Shown piece after piece: positions 1 to 8,937 of a DNA stretch of 48,135 nt. Each line of letters starts with the position of its first letter. Positions within the stretch are counted from its first letter, which is position 1. A program made the position numbers and the translations under genes. Under the pieces are notes generated by a model. The model searched no databases and had not been told where the DNA came from. It worked only from the letters and a program-made list of their open reading frames with translations. The DNA is from Candidatus Woesearchaeota archaeon (GTDB taxonomy: Archaea; Nanobdellota; Nanobdellia; Woesearchaeales; GW2011-AR4): the NCBI GenBank assembly GCA_016181305.1, contig JACOZN010000004.1:1-48135 (forward strand), written 5' to 3'.

Positions 1-577
1 GGACATATTAAAAGACAAGACGATGCAGGCAATGTTTGTTTTCAGGCTGATGAATGCTTTCGGAATATCCGCATTAATGGGATTTTTGCCCCTGCTTGCT
101 GAAAGGATAAACATAACAATATTTCAAATTGGTTTTGTTGTGACAGCAAATTTGCTGGTGTCTTCCTTATTTCAAAGATATTTTGGCATTTTGGCAGATA
201 AAAGTGATAAGGTTGCAATGCTTATTGCTGGAAGCATTATGATGCTTATCGCGCTTGCATTAATGCCTTTGTCAACAGGATTTTACACATTACTTTTATT
301 CAATTTATTGATGGGTTTTGGCTCAGCTATTTCAATACCAGCAGGAAGCGCGATAACAGCGCAGCTTGGAAGAAAGCTTGGCATGGGCTCTGTGATGGGA
401 ATATTCAACACGGCATTCGGCATAGGGGGCGGCATAGGGCCGATAATTGCAGGCTTGATGATGGTTGCATTCGGCTTGGCAACTGTTTTTGTTTCATCGG
501 CCGTAATTGTTTTGATAGGCACAATAATATTTTATTATCTGATGAAGAAGAATCTGGAATATAAGAGCTTGGCATAA
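1..577 (+). CDS. MFS transporter, 5' end outside the window
   Basis: Hydrophobic helices with the MFS motif-A-like FGILADKSDK and GxxIGPxIAG. The frame stays open upstream of the ATG at 23. Confidence 0.8.
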   Translation, partial: DILKDKTMQAMFVFRLMNAFGISALMGFLPLLAERINITIFQIGFVVTANLLVSSLFQRYFGILADKSDKVAMLIAGSIMMLIALALMPLSTGFYTLLLFNLLMGFGSAISIPAGSAITAQLGRKLGMGSVMGIFNTAFGIGGGIGPIIAGLMMVAFGLATVFVSSAVIVLIGTIIFYYLMKKNLEYKSLA

Positions 578-579
578 AA

Positions 580-1086
580 ATGGACATATTCGCCCATGGC
601 TTGTGGAGCTTTGCAATTTTCCATAAAAAGAAATATGCATGGATGGCAACCTTATTTGGAATTTTGCCTGACTTGCTGTCTTTTGGGATTATTTTTGTGA
701 TTAGCTTATTAAATGGGAATTTACGCAGGGTACCGCCGGCATTAAGCTCTTTGCCAGAATGGCTCTTTGCAGCCTACAACATGACGCATAGCTTAATCGT
801 ATTTTTTATAGTCTTTCTTTTAATATATATTTTTACAAAAAAATGGCTGTGGGCTTTAACTGCATGGGCTGCCCATATAGTGATAGACATACCAACACAC
901 TCAACAAGATTTTTTCCAACTCCATTTTTATGGCCTTTGTCTGACTATGTTTTCAACGGCATAAGCTGGGGAACTCCGTGGTTTATGCTGGTTAATTACA
1001 GCAGCTTATTGGCTGTTTTCCTTGTTATTGCGCACAATAGGGCCAAAGATAAGAAACTCACAATAACTTTAAAAAAGAACAAATAA
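580..1086 (+). CDS. Membrane-bound metal-dependent hydrolase (YdjM/DUF457-like)
   Basis: MDIFAHG, GILPDL, THSL and HIVIDIPTH motifs among TM segments. Confidence 0.7.
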   Translation: MDIFAHGLWSFAIFHKKKYAWMATLFGILPDLLSFGIIFVISLLNGNLRRVPPALSSLPEWLFAAYNMTHSLIVFFIVFLLIYIFTKKWLWALTAWAAHIVIDIPTHSTRFFPTPFLWPLSDYVFNGISWGTPWFMLVNYSSLLAVFLVIAHNRAKDKKLTITLKKNK

Positions 1087-1096
1087 CACTTGTTTT

Positions 1097-1795
1097 ATGT
1101 ACGAGATAGAAAAACTAAAAGTTGAATACGCTAATAAGAAAGACAGAATAAAGGAAAGGTTAAATCAGTTCGAAAAATTCTTCAGCGAGCCTTATTCATG
1201 GAATTATGCAAGCGGCGAATTAAAGCTGCTTCCTTCTGAGGCAAAAGATGACTACAGGCTTTTTGAGGAGCTCGCTTTCTGCATTTTCACAGCCAACACA
1301 AGCGCAGAGATGGGCGCGAAGGCAGTCGATGCCGTGAGGAATGTTTTGATAAACGGAACTGCTGATGACATGACAAGAAGGCTGGAGGGAATTTACAGGT
1401 TTAACAATGTCAGGCCAGCCCATATAATCCATACAAGGACTTACCTGAAAAATTCATTGAATTTTGAATTAAAAAACAAAATAAAATCATTCAAGAATAA
1501 AGATGAGTTGCGAAATTTCTTTGCCCTCAATAAGGGCGTCAAAGGGCTTGGAATGAAGGAGGCGTCGCACTTCCTGAGGAATATAGGGTTTAAAGGCTAT
1601 GCAATCCTTGACAAGCACATAATAAATTCTTTGCACGAGTTTGGAGTTATTGAAAAAAACGAAAAGCCGAAAAATGCAAGGGAATATTTGGAAATTGAGC
1701 AGAAATTCATTGATTTCTCAAAGCAAATCGGAATTGATATTGACGAACTGGACTTACTGCTTTGGAGCAGGAAGAATGGAAGGATTTTGAAATGA
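1097..1795 (+). CDS. ogg: 8-oxoguanine DNA glycosylase/AP lyase, archaeal Ogg2 type
   Basis: HhH motif VKGLGMKEASHFLRNIG followed by AILDKH, and C-terminal LDLLLW. Confidence 0.85.
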   Translation: MYEIEKLKVEYANKKDRIKERLNQFEKFFSEPYSWNYASGELKLLPSEAKDDYRLFEELAFCIFTANTSAEMGAKAVDAVRNVLINGTADDMTRRLEGIYRFNNVRPAHIIHTRTYLKNSLNFELKNKIKSFKNKDELRNFFALNKGVKGLGMKEASHFLRNIGFKGYAILDKHIINSLHEFGVIEKNEKPKNAREYLEIEQKFIDFSKQIGIDIDELDLLLWSRKNGRILK

Positions 1796-2460
1796 AAATG
1801 GCTTCCATAAAAAACATCTCCAAAATAATTAATCTTCTAAAACAAGAAATCAGGCACTTTGAAAACCCTATCGCAACAGAAATAGGCGAAAGAACCAAAG
1901 ACCCATTCCTTGTCTTGATTTCCTGCATTCTAAGTCTAAGGACAAAAGACACTACAACAGGCCCTGCTTCAAAGAGATTGTTTGACTTGGCAGACAACCC
2001 AAAGGACATGCTAAAATTGTCAAAAAAGCAAATAGAAAAAGCAATATTTCCAGTCGGTTTTTATCCTACAAAAGCCATGTATATTAAAAAAACCTGCAAG
2101 ATTTTGGTTGAAAAGTATGATGGAAAGGTGCCTGATACAATGGAAGAATTAACAAATCTTCCAGGTGTTGGTAAAAAATGTGGCGCAATTACTTTAGTTT
2201 ATGGTTTTAATAAACCAGATTTTATACCAGTGGACATTCATGTTCACGTTATTGCCAATCGTTTAGGATGGGTAAAAACTAAGCACCCAGATAAAACTAT
2301 GGTTAAACTTATGGAAATTATACCAAGGAAGTACTGGTACGATTTGAATAACTTACTTGTAGCGCACGGTCAGAATATATGTGTTACTAATTCTCCATTT
2401 TGTAGTAGATGTGCTATAAATAGTTACTGCCCACGAATAGGTGTAATGAGAAGCAGATAA
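1792..2460 (+). CDS. nth: Endonuclease III
   Basis: DPFLVLISCILSLRTKD, HhH LPGVGKK, VDIHV and the [4Fe-4S] motif C-X6-C-X2-C-X5-C. Start placed at ATG 1792, overlapping the upstream stop. Confidence 0.92.
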   Translation: MKMASIKNISKIINLLKQEIRHFENPIATEIGERTKDPFLVLISCILSLRTKDTTTGPASKRLFDLADNPKDMLKLSKKQIEKAIFPVGFYPTKAMYIKKTCKILVEKYDGKVPDTMEELTNLPGVGKKCGAITLVYGFNKPDFIPVDIHVHVIANRLGWVKTKHPDKTMVKLMEIIPRKYWYDLNNLLVAHGQNICVTNSPFCSRCAINSYCPRIGVMRSR

Positions 2461-2488
2461 ATAGATTATTTGTTAAAGAAGGTAAATG

Positions 2489-2656
2489 CGCCGCGGCTGG
2501 GATTTTCACCCAAGAGGATATCCTTCAAAGGATTTGTTCGCAAAAATCGAAGATTTTTGGAACCCCGAAAATGCTATGCATTTTCGACGGAACCCAGACG
2601 TCCTTGCGGACAGGGAGTTCTCAGTCCCCCGCTCCTCCGGATTGAGCGACCGCGGC
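2489..2656 (-). tRNA. tRNA-like gene with GAG anticodon and class II (Ser-like) body, interrupted by an 84-nt insert in the T-arm
   Basis: Acceptor stem GCCGCGG/CCGCGGC with G73, D-stem GCTC/GAGC, anticodon loop CTGAGAA with an imperfect stem, variable hairpin GTCC-GCAA-GGAC, T-stem CTGGG/CCCAG. Removing the insert gives 84 nt. Confidence 0.7.
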
Positions 2657-2696
2657 ATGAAAAGCTTTAAATACTAGCATATAATATAACCATTTT

Positions 2697-2733
2697 GGGT
2701 TCTCAGTCTCCTGTTCTGCCGTGATTGAGCGGC
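2697..2733 (-). repeat. Degenerate copy of the tRNA 5' half (D-arm and anticodon)
   Basis: GGGTTCTCAGTCTCCTGTTCTGCCGTGATTGAGCGG aligns with GAGTTCTCAGTCCCCCGCTCCTCCGGATTGAGCGA at about 2615-2649. Confidence 0.65.
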
Positions 2734-2867
2734 TTTTATTTTTATTTAATAAGTGTGAGCACTTGCCCTTTAAATATTTCAGCCAAGAATGTTCAGTGCT
2801 TGTAGAGTATATATTTTGTAAAATAGGAATCGTAATTTGATAGTTGAAAGGTTGTTTGAGATTATTT

Positions 2868-4081
2868 TTAAAATCCAACCCCCTGAAAAATCACCTGATA
2901 AAGCAGGTACCCGTTAAATCCCAATATAACAATTCCAAATATAACAGCAAATATTGTTGTTATTTTTTTATTGACTAATTCTTTCATTATGCCTTTGTTT
3001 GATGTATAAAAAATCAATGGTATCAAAGGCAGTGGAATCAAGAGAAAACGGCGATTGTAACGGGTATAACATTAATGAATCTTGTTATCAGCCTTCTGAC
3101 CCACAAGCTTATCCTGAAGCCCGTCAAGCCGTCCATTACAGACTGCCCAGCCAGAGTCCCTGTCACCGAAGAGGATATGCCTGCAGAAAGCAGCGCCAAT
3201 GCAAAAACAATTGCTGCAAATTTGCCAAACAAAGGTATCAAAGTAGTATACGCCTGGTCAAGGGTTGCAACATTCGCCACTTGGTAAAAAGCAGCCGCTG
3301 ACATTATTATTATTGCAGCATTGATGAATCCGGCAATTGTAAGCGAAACAACATTGTCTATCAGATGATATTTCAAAATCCTGGATTTGCTGCCAAAATT
3401 GTTGCCAATAATCTTGTTTTTGATTAGCCATGAATGCACGAACAATGCATGAGGCATCACTGTTGCCCCTATAATGCCGACAGCAATCAAGGCGCTTTGG
3501 CTTGTTAATATAGGCTTTACAGAATGCACCAAAATAGATGAAACATCAGGCTTTGTGATAAACAGCTCATAAACATATCCCAAGCCGATTATTGAAACAA
3601 ACAGGACAAAAGACTGCTCCAGAGTCCTGAATCTTTTTTGTGTAAGCAGCAATATGAGCAATACATCAGCAACTGCGATATAAGTGCCAAAAAGCAACGG
3701 AATCCCGAAAAGAAGATTTAATGCAACAACAATTCCGAGAAACTCCGCCAAGTCAGTTGCCAAAATTGCAATTTCTGCCAGCATCCAGTAAGAAAGCACA
3801 AGCCATTTGCTTTTGAGCTTCTCCTTAACCAGTTCCGGCAAAGAATAGCCTGCAATCCCAAGCTTGCCTGAAAGATACTGGAAAAGCATTGCCATGCCTG
3901 AAGCAAGCCAAACAACCCAAAGCAAGTCATAGTTAAAAGATGCCCCTCCGGCAATGTCAGTTCCCCAGTTTCCGGGATCCATGTATGCAACGCTCACAAT
4001 CAGCCCAGAGCCCATGAATGCAAGCAGCTTCCTGTCTGAAAATATCCTAAAATAATTGAAAAACTTTTGAAAAGCTGCCAT
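2868..4081 (-). pseudogene. mntH: Nramp/MntH Mn2+/Fe2+ transporter, frameshifted near 3040
   Basis: AYMDPGNWGTDI and IGATVMPHALFVHS motifs. The ORF stops at 3038, but the C-terminal helices (IPLPLIPLIFYTSNKGIMKELVN...FNGYLLYQ) continue in another frame to 2868. About one TM segment is missing at the junction. Confidence 0.8.
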
Positions 4082-4090
4082 TTTATTGAT

Positions 4091-5305
4091 TTAACCCAAA
4101 ACCAGAAACCCTGTTGCGTACATTACCAGCAATCCAGCCATAAATCCAAGGACATTTGTTACAGTAAAAAGTGAGGTCCACTTGCCTTTTGCCATGTAAT
4201 GCATTATGTCATATGAAACATCAAAGATTGCGCCCGCCCCTATAGAGAGAAACAGCACCGCTAAGGCAGGGGAGTATGCAAATCCTCCAATGACAGCGCC
4301 GATTATTGTAGGCGCTCCAGCCAACAATCCCATTATGACAAGGTGAAAATAGAAATTACCAACCTGCCTTACGAATCTGGTCAGTGGGGCAACTATTGCG
4401 ACTCCCTCAGTAACATTGTGAATCATAAATCCAATGACGAGCAGGCTTCCTAATGCAACCTCTCCGACTGCGTACGCGCTTCCTATTGCAAGCCCTTCGC
4501 CTAGATTATGCAATCCTATCCCAAGCGCAATCAAATAACCAAAAATTAAAGCCTGAAAATGTTCGCCTTTAATCTGCCTGTGGTGCTCTGACTTGTAGCT
4601 TATGGCGGATAAAGTAAGGATTGACAAGGTAAATCCGATTAATATTATTCCAATTCCATTATATGCATTGGGTATAGCTTCCAAAAGGTCAAATGATTCC
4701 GCAAGCGCATCAAATCCCAGGAATATAAGCAATCCGACCGTCAATGCAAGCAAAAAGCTGTACCACCTTTCTTTTAACATCCTCAAAAATGGAAGCCATA
4801 GCAGCCCCAAAAGAACAGGGATCACACCGACATAAATTCCAAGCAGCGCAAAGGCTTTCAGATAAAAGCTGTTGAATATTGGTGTTATGGAAGCAACTTC
4901 TATTTCTTTTTCAAAGGTAATACCATTTCTGGATACTAAAGTTATTTTTTCAAAGTCTCCCTCAAGCCAGGGGTAGTTTATTTCAACTTTACCCCTATCT
5001 AAAGGCTCAAGTGTAGTGCTTGGAGCCATTTCAAACTGCCAATAAGCGTCGTTTACAAGAACTTGGGCTATTGTGACTGGCTCAGGGCCGTCATTAAATA
5101 CTTCCAGTGAAATATGCTCGGGTGAAAAAACAACTCTTTGTATGAAAATATTTTCTATCGGGACAACTGACGATTTGAAAACTCCTAATGGGCCGAATTT
5201 GACAAAAACCAAGAGAAGTATCCCTAACAATATAAGGGGCAATAAAGCCCTCATCAAAAATTTTGCATTACTTTGTTTTTCTGGCTGATTTTCCACTTTA
5301 TTCAT
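4091..5305 (-). CDS. ZIP/ZupT family metal transporter with N-terminal extracytoplasmic domain
   Basis: LHNLGEGLAIG and IHNVTEGVAI ZIP signatures. Confidence 0.85.
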   Translation of the reverse strand: MNKVENQPEKQSNAKFLMRALLPLILLGILLLVFVKFGPLGVFKSSVVPIENIFIQRVVFSPEHISLEVFNDGPEPVTIAQVLVNDAYWQFEMAPSTTLEPLDRGKVEINYPWLEGDFEKITLVSRNGITFEKEIEVASITPIFNSFYLKAFALLGIYVGVIPVLLGLLWLPFLRMLKERWYSFLLALTVGLLIFLGFDALAESFDLLEAIPNAYNGIGIILIGFTLSILTLSAISYKSEHHRQIKGEHFQALIFGYLIALGIGLHNLGEGLAIGSAYAVGEVALGSLLVIGFMIHNVTEGVAIVAPLTRFVRQVGNFYFHLVIMGLLAGAPTIIGAVIGGFAYSPALAVLFLSIGAGAIFDVSYDIMHYMAKGKWTSLFTVTNVLGFMAGLLVMYATGFLVLG

Positions 5306-6523
5306 GAAACATGTACATTCCGGGATACCTGAATTTTACATCCAAAATTGATCTTTCCGCTTGCGCAAATGACACAATATCTGTGTAAGCATTCGGCTCT
5401 TGCTTTGTTCCGGTTCTGTATTCATCAAAGAAAGTTGCATGAAGATGAAATGAGTTAATGGGGTCAAATTCAACTATATTAACCAAATAAATCCTGATTA
5501 ATTCATCTTTCTTTACTTTTATGGGGTTTAACGCATAGTAAAATGCCTTTGTGTTAACTGCATAAACCTCATTTTCTCCGTCCAGAGTTGTATCAAATGC
5601 GTTCATTACCATGATCATTTCTTTATCTGCTTTGGACCTTGTGTCATTTTTAGGGTCGACAATGTAAGCGCCGTAAAGGCCTTTGCTTATATGCTGCTTT
5701 AGCGGAACAGAATGGCAATGGAATAGATGAACTCCGAATGGGTCCGCATCAAATTCATAAGTGAAATCCTGTCCTTTGTGAAATGAATTCTTATCCTATC
5801 TCCTTCTGTTGCCCTTATAGTAGGAGCTGGCACCTGCCCATTGTAAGTCCACGCAGGAAAGAAAACCCCTGGTGCAATCTCAATTTCCTTGTCTTCTGCG
5901 GAAATCCAGTATTCCCTCAGTAAGCTGCCATCAGAGCGCCTTGTTTCTTTGTAAAATTTGCTTCTTTCATTTGCTGGAAGATTGTTATAATTCCATGTTG
6001 ACAAGTATTCCATTGCATTAAACCCGCCATCTTCCCCGTACTTTCCAACAATCCCTATTTTTTCCTGTGCTGTTCTCTGAGGGTCATTTGAACTTGAGTG
6101 CATTATGCCCCTCATTTCCGCAAATGATTCAATGCATTTTGGGTCTGTAGAAATAGGATTTGTGCAATATTTTGCAGCTTCCTTCATCTTGTCAAACTCT
6201 GTTTCTGCCTTGACATCTTTTGTAACATATTTTAGAGCTGCAAAGCCAGCCACCAAAAGCATGATTATCAGCAATGGTACGGGTTTCCTTAAATTGTTTT
6301 TAAGTTTATCAATGGGAAATCTAAATGTTCCTTGCTTTATAGAATATATTATACATGCTAAGCCAGTCCCTACAATTACAAGCCCCATGACTAAGTGCAA
6401 AAAATGCGGGATATTTGCTCCAAATGTAACTAATTCCTGCAAATCATGGGGCAGAAATGCGAATATTAAGCCAAATACTATAAGCAATGCAGATATTACA
6501 ATAATTAATTTTTTATTTTTCAT
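5298..6523 (-). pseudogene. Membrane-anchored two-domain multicopper oxidase, disrupted
   Basis: WTYNGQVPAPTIRATEGD, then after a frameshift near 5777 FGVHLFHCH, NSFHLHA and YPGMYMFH. The first HxH motif and the C-terminal ligand segment are missing. Start placed at MKNKKLII (6523). Confidence 0.8.
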
Positions 6524-6539
6524 TTTATTTAAGCAGAAC

Positions 6540-6938
6540 TTATTGGGATATTGGCTTCCCATGGGGGTCTTTCTTCGGGTTGCCAAGCAGCCTTCTTAAT
6601 TTTGTTATAGATTCGTCGCTGAATGCGTGCTCAAGCCTGTGCGCTTCGTGATGTATATTTTTTGAATTTATTTTGAGTATCTTCTTTAAAAAAAGCTCTA
6701 TTAGCCTGTGCTTTGAGGTCAATTTTTGCGCAATCCTGCGCCCTTTTGAAGTGAATCTCAATTTTGAGTATTTTTTATAGGATATCAGTCCCTCTTTATT
6801 GAGTTCTTTGGCCATCTCGGAAACGCTGGGCTTTGAGACATCAAGGTAATGCGCCAAGTCAATGGACTTAATCTCGCCTTTTTCCTCCTCCAGTATGTAA
6901 AGCCCCCTTAGGTAGTCTTCCCTGTTTGCAGTGAACAT
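6540..6938 (-). CDS. mntR: DtxR/MntR metal-dependent repressor without FeoA/SH3 domain
   Basis: REDYL, VSKPSVSEM, KHRLIELFL, EAHRLEH and DPHGKPI motifs. Confidence 0.92.
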   Translation of the reverse strand: MFTANREDYLRGLYILEEEKGEIKSIDLAHYLDVSKPSVSEMAKELNKEGLISYKKYSKLRFTSKGRRIAQKLTSKHRLIELFLKKILKINSKNIHHEAHRLEHAFSDESITKLRRLLGNPKKDPHGKPISQ

Positions 6939-6942
6939 AGAA

Positions 6943-6960
6943 AGTTAGGTTAGCCTAACT
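6943..6960. promoter_or_regulatory. DtxR/IdeR-type operator
   Basis: AGTTAGGTTAGCCTAACT is a near-perfect palindrome matching the TTAGG-TTAG-CCTAA DtxR box. It lies between the minus-strand TATA box (6961-6970) and the mntR start. Confidence 0.85.
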
Positions 6961-7032
6961 TATATATAAAGGTTGTGGTTTTAGGTTTTAGCTATCAAAA
7001 ATATTATAAACAAGACAATACACCTGGGTTAC

Positions 7033-7434
7033 ATGCCAAAAAAATACTTCACAGTTGAGGGCGCGCAAAAGCAAATGCCAAAAATAAAGAAGTCACTGAT
7101 TAAGCTTCAAAATTTGAAAAAAGCGATAGATGCTGTACTTTCAGTAGAGATGGACTCTAGAGAGGTCGAGTATGAAGAAATTATTGAGACAAGCGCCAAG
7201 CTGAACAAAGAATACCATAAACTCTCTTATGATTTTCACAGAGAGATTGAAAATTTGGAAAAAATAGGCTGTATATTGAAAGATTTAGAGCAGGGCTTAG
7301 TTGACTTTTACTGCAGGCTTGAAGGCAGGGACATATTCCTGTGCTGGAGGCTTGGAGAAGGCAGGATAAAAGCGTGGCATGAGGTAGAGGAGGGCTTTGC
7401 AGGCAGGCAGCCAATCATTGGCTTGGAACAATGA
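7033..7434 (+). CDS. DUF2203 family protein
   Basis: YFTVEGA N-terminus and LKDLEQGLVDFY...IFLCWRLGEGRIKAWH...GFAGRQPI. Confidence 0.8.
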   Translation: MPKKYFTVEGAQKQMPKIKKSLIKLQNLKKAIDAVLSVEMDSREVEYEEIIETSAKLNKEYHKLSYDFHREIENLEKIGCILKDLEQGLVDFYCRLEGRDIFLCWRLGEGRIKAWHEVEEGFAGRQPIIGLEQ

Positions 7435-8918
7435 AAACAAAGGTAAATTGGCTGGAATGGGGCAAGGCGTCATTTGAAAAGGCAAAAAATGAGGACAAGC
7501 TGATTTTACTGGACTTGACAGCTGTCTGGTGCCACTGGTGCCATGTAATGGACGCAAATTCTTACTCAAATGATGAAATTGCAAAAATAATCAACAATGA
7601 ATATGTACCTATAAAGGTTTACATTGACAAAAGGCCTGACATAAGGGAGCGCTATAACATGGGCGGGTTTCCCTCAACAGTTTTTCTCAATCCAGATGGC
7701 TATGTTGTAGCAGGCGACACTTATGTGCCTCCTGAAAGGCTCAAGCTTATGCTCGAGGCTGTGAAAGGCGAGTATAAGAAAAGAAAAGACGAAATCAAAG
7801 CAAACATTGAAAAAATGAAGGAAGGAATTGAAAGAGAAAAAGAACCCAACACTGCAAAAATAAGCGAAGTGATGATAAAAGAAATTCTTCTTTCCGTAGA
7901 GGACAACTTTGATGCATTCTACGGCGGATTTGGAATTCAGCCGAAATTTCCAACTCCTGAGGTTTTAGACTTGCTGTTTATCATTCACAAGAAAACAGGC
8001 GCCAAAAAATACCTTGACATGGCTTTGAAAAACCTTGACGGAATGCATGATGGAATATATGACAAAGCTGACTTTGGATTTTTCCGCTATTCTGTAACCC
8101 GAGACTGGAAAATGCCGCATTATGAAAAAATGCTTGACACTAATGCAGGCTTGCTGAGAAACTTTGCTGTCGCGTTTGAAATCACAAATGATGAGAAATA
8201 CAAGAGAATTGCAGAAGAGATGATACAATACATAAACAAAGGTTTGTCAAGCCAAAATGGCGGATTTTACGGCTCTCAGGATGCTGATGAAGAGTTTTAT
8301 AGCTTAAAGCCTCAGGAGAGAAAGCAAAAAACTCAACCTTACATCGACAAGACATTTTATGTTGACTGGAATGCAATGATGGTGTCCTCCTATATAAAAG
8401 CCGGCGCAGTATTAAATGACGGCAAAGCTGTTGATTTTGCCGTAAAAACAGCTGATTTTATTCTTAAAAATTGCTATAATAGTGAAAATGGCTTATTCCA
8501 TTTTTTTGACGGAAACGCAGGCATAAATGGGCTGCTGAGCGATAATATATACTTTTTAAATTGTCTGATTGATGCTTACTTTGTGACTCAAAATCAGAAA
8601 TATCTTGAAAAAATTAAGGAAATTGCCGATTTTATATTAAAAAATTTTTATGACAGTAAAGATTATGGATTTTTTGACAGAGTAATAAAAAAAGATGATT
8701 TTGGGGATTTAAAGCATCAGGAAAAGCCATTTTTAGAGAATTCTTTTTCGGCAATCGTGTTTTTAAGGCTGCATATGCTGACTGGTGAGGAAATGCACAA
8801 GCAAGCTGCTGAAAATACAATAATATATTTCGCTGACACCTACTTGAACTTCGGCTATTTTGCAGCAATGTATGCTATAGCTGTTGATATGCTTTTGAAT
8901 CAAAAACTTAATAAATAA
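7431..8918 (+). CDS. Thioredoxin-domain / DUF255 (YyaL/SSP411-like) protein, short C-terminus
   Basis: VNWLEWG, WCHWCHVM, GGFPST, GGFGIQPKFP, PHYEKML and WNAMM motifs. Confidence 0.88.
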   Translation: MKTKVNWLEWGKASFEKAKNEDKLILLDLTAVWCHWCHVMDANSYSNDEIAKIINNEYVPIKVYIDKRPDIRERYNMGGFPSTVFLNPDGYVVAGDTYVPPERLKLMLEAVKGEYKKRKDEIKANIEKMKEGIEREKEPNTAKISEVMIKEILLSVEDNFDAFYGGFGIQPKFPTPEVLDLLFIIHKKTGAKKYLDMALKNLDGMHDGIYDKADFGFFRYSVTRDWKMPHYEKMLDTNAGLLRNFAVAFEITNDEKYKRIAEEMIQYINKGLSSQNGGFYGSQDADEEFYSLKPQERKQKTQPYIDKTFYVDWNAMMVSSYIKAGAVLNDGKAVDFAVKTADFILKNCYNSENGLFHFFDGNAGINGLLSDNIYFLNCLIDAYFVTQNQKYLEKIKEIADFILKNFYDSKDYGFFDRVIKKDDFGDLKHQEKPFLENSFSAIVFLRLHMLTGEEMHKQAAENTIIYFADTYLNFGYFAAMYAIAVDMLLNQKLNK

Positions 8919-8937
8919 CATCCAAATAGCTTTTGTT

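Noticed and set aside
2620-2622. CUY-to-Ser codon reassignment implied by a Ser-like tRNA with GAG anticodon
   Set aside because: Conserved Leu positions use these codons: CTT in aspS YRYLDLR (37248) and CTC in gatA TNLAKY (43327).
2470-2878. Short ORFs overlapping the tRNA region
   Set aside because: Better explained by the tRNA and its intergenic sequence; no recognisable protein features.
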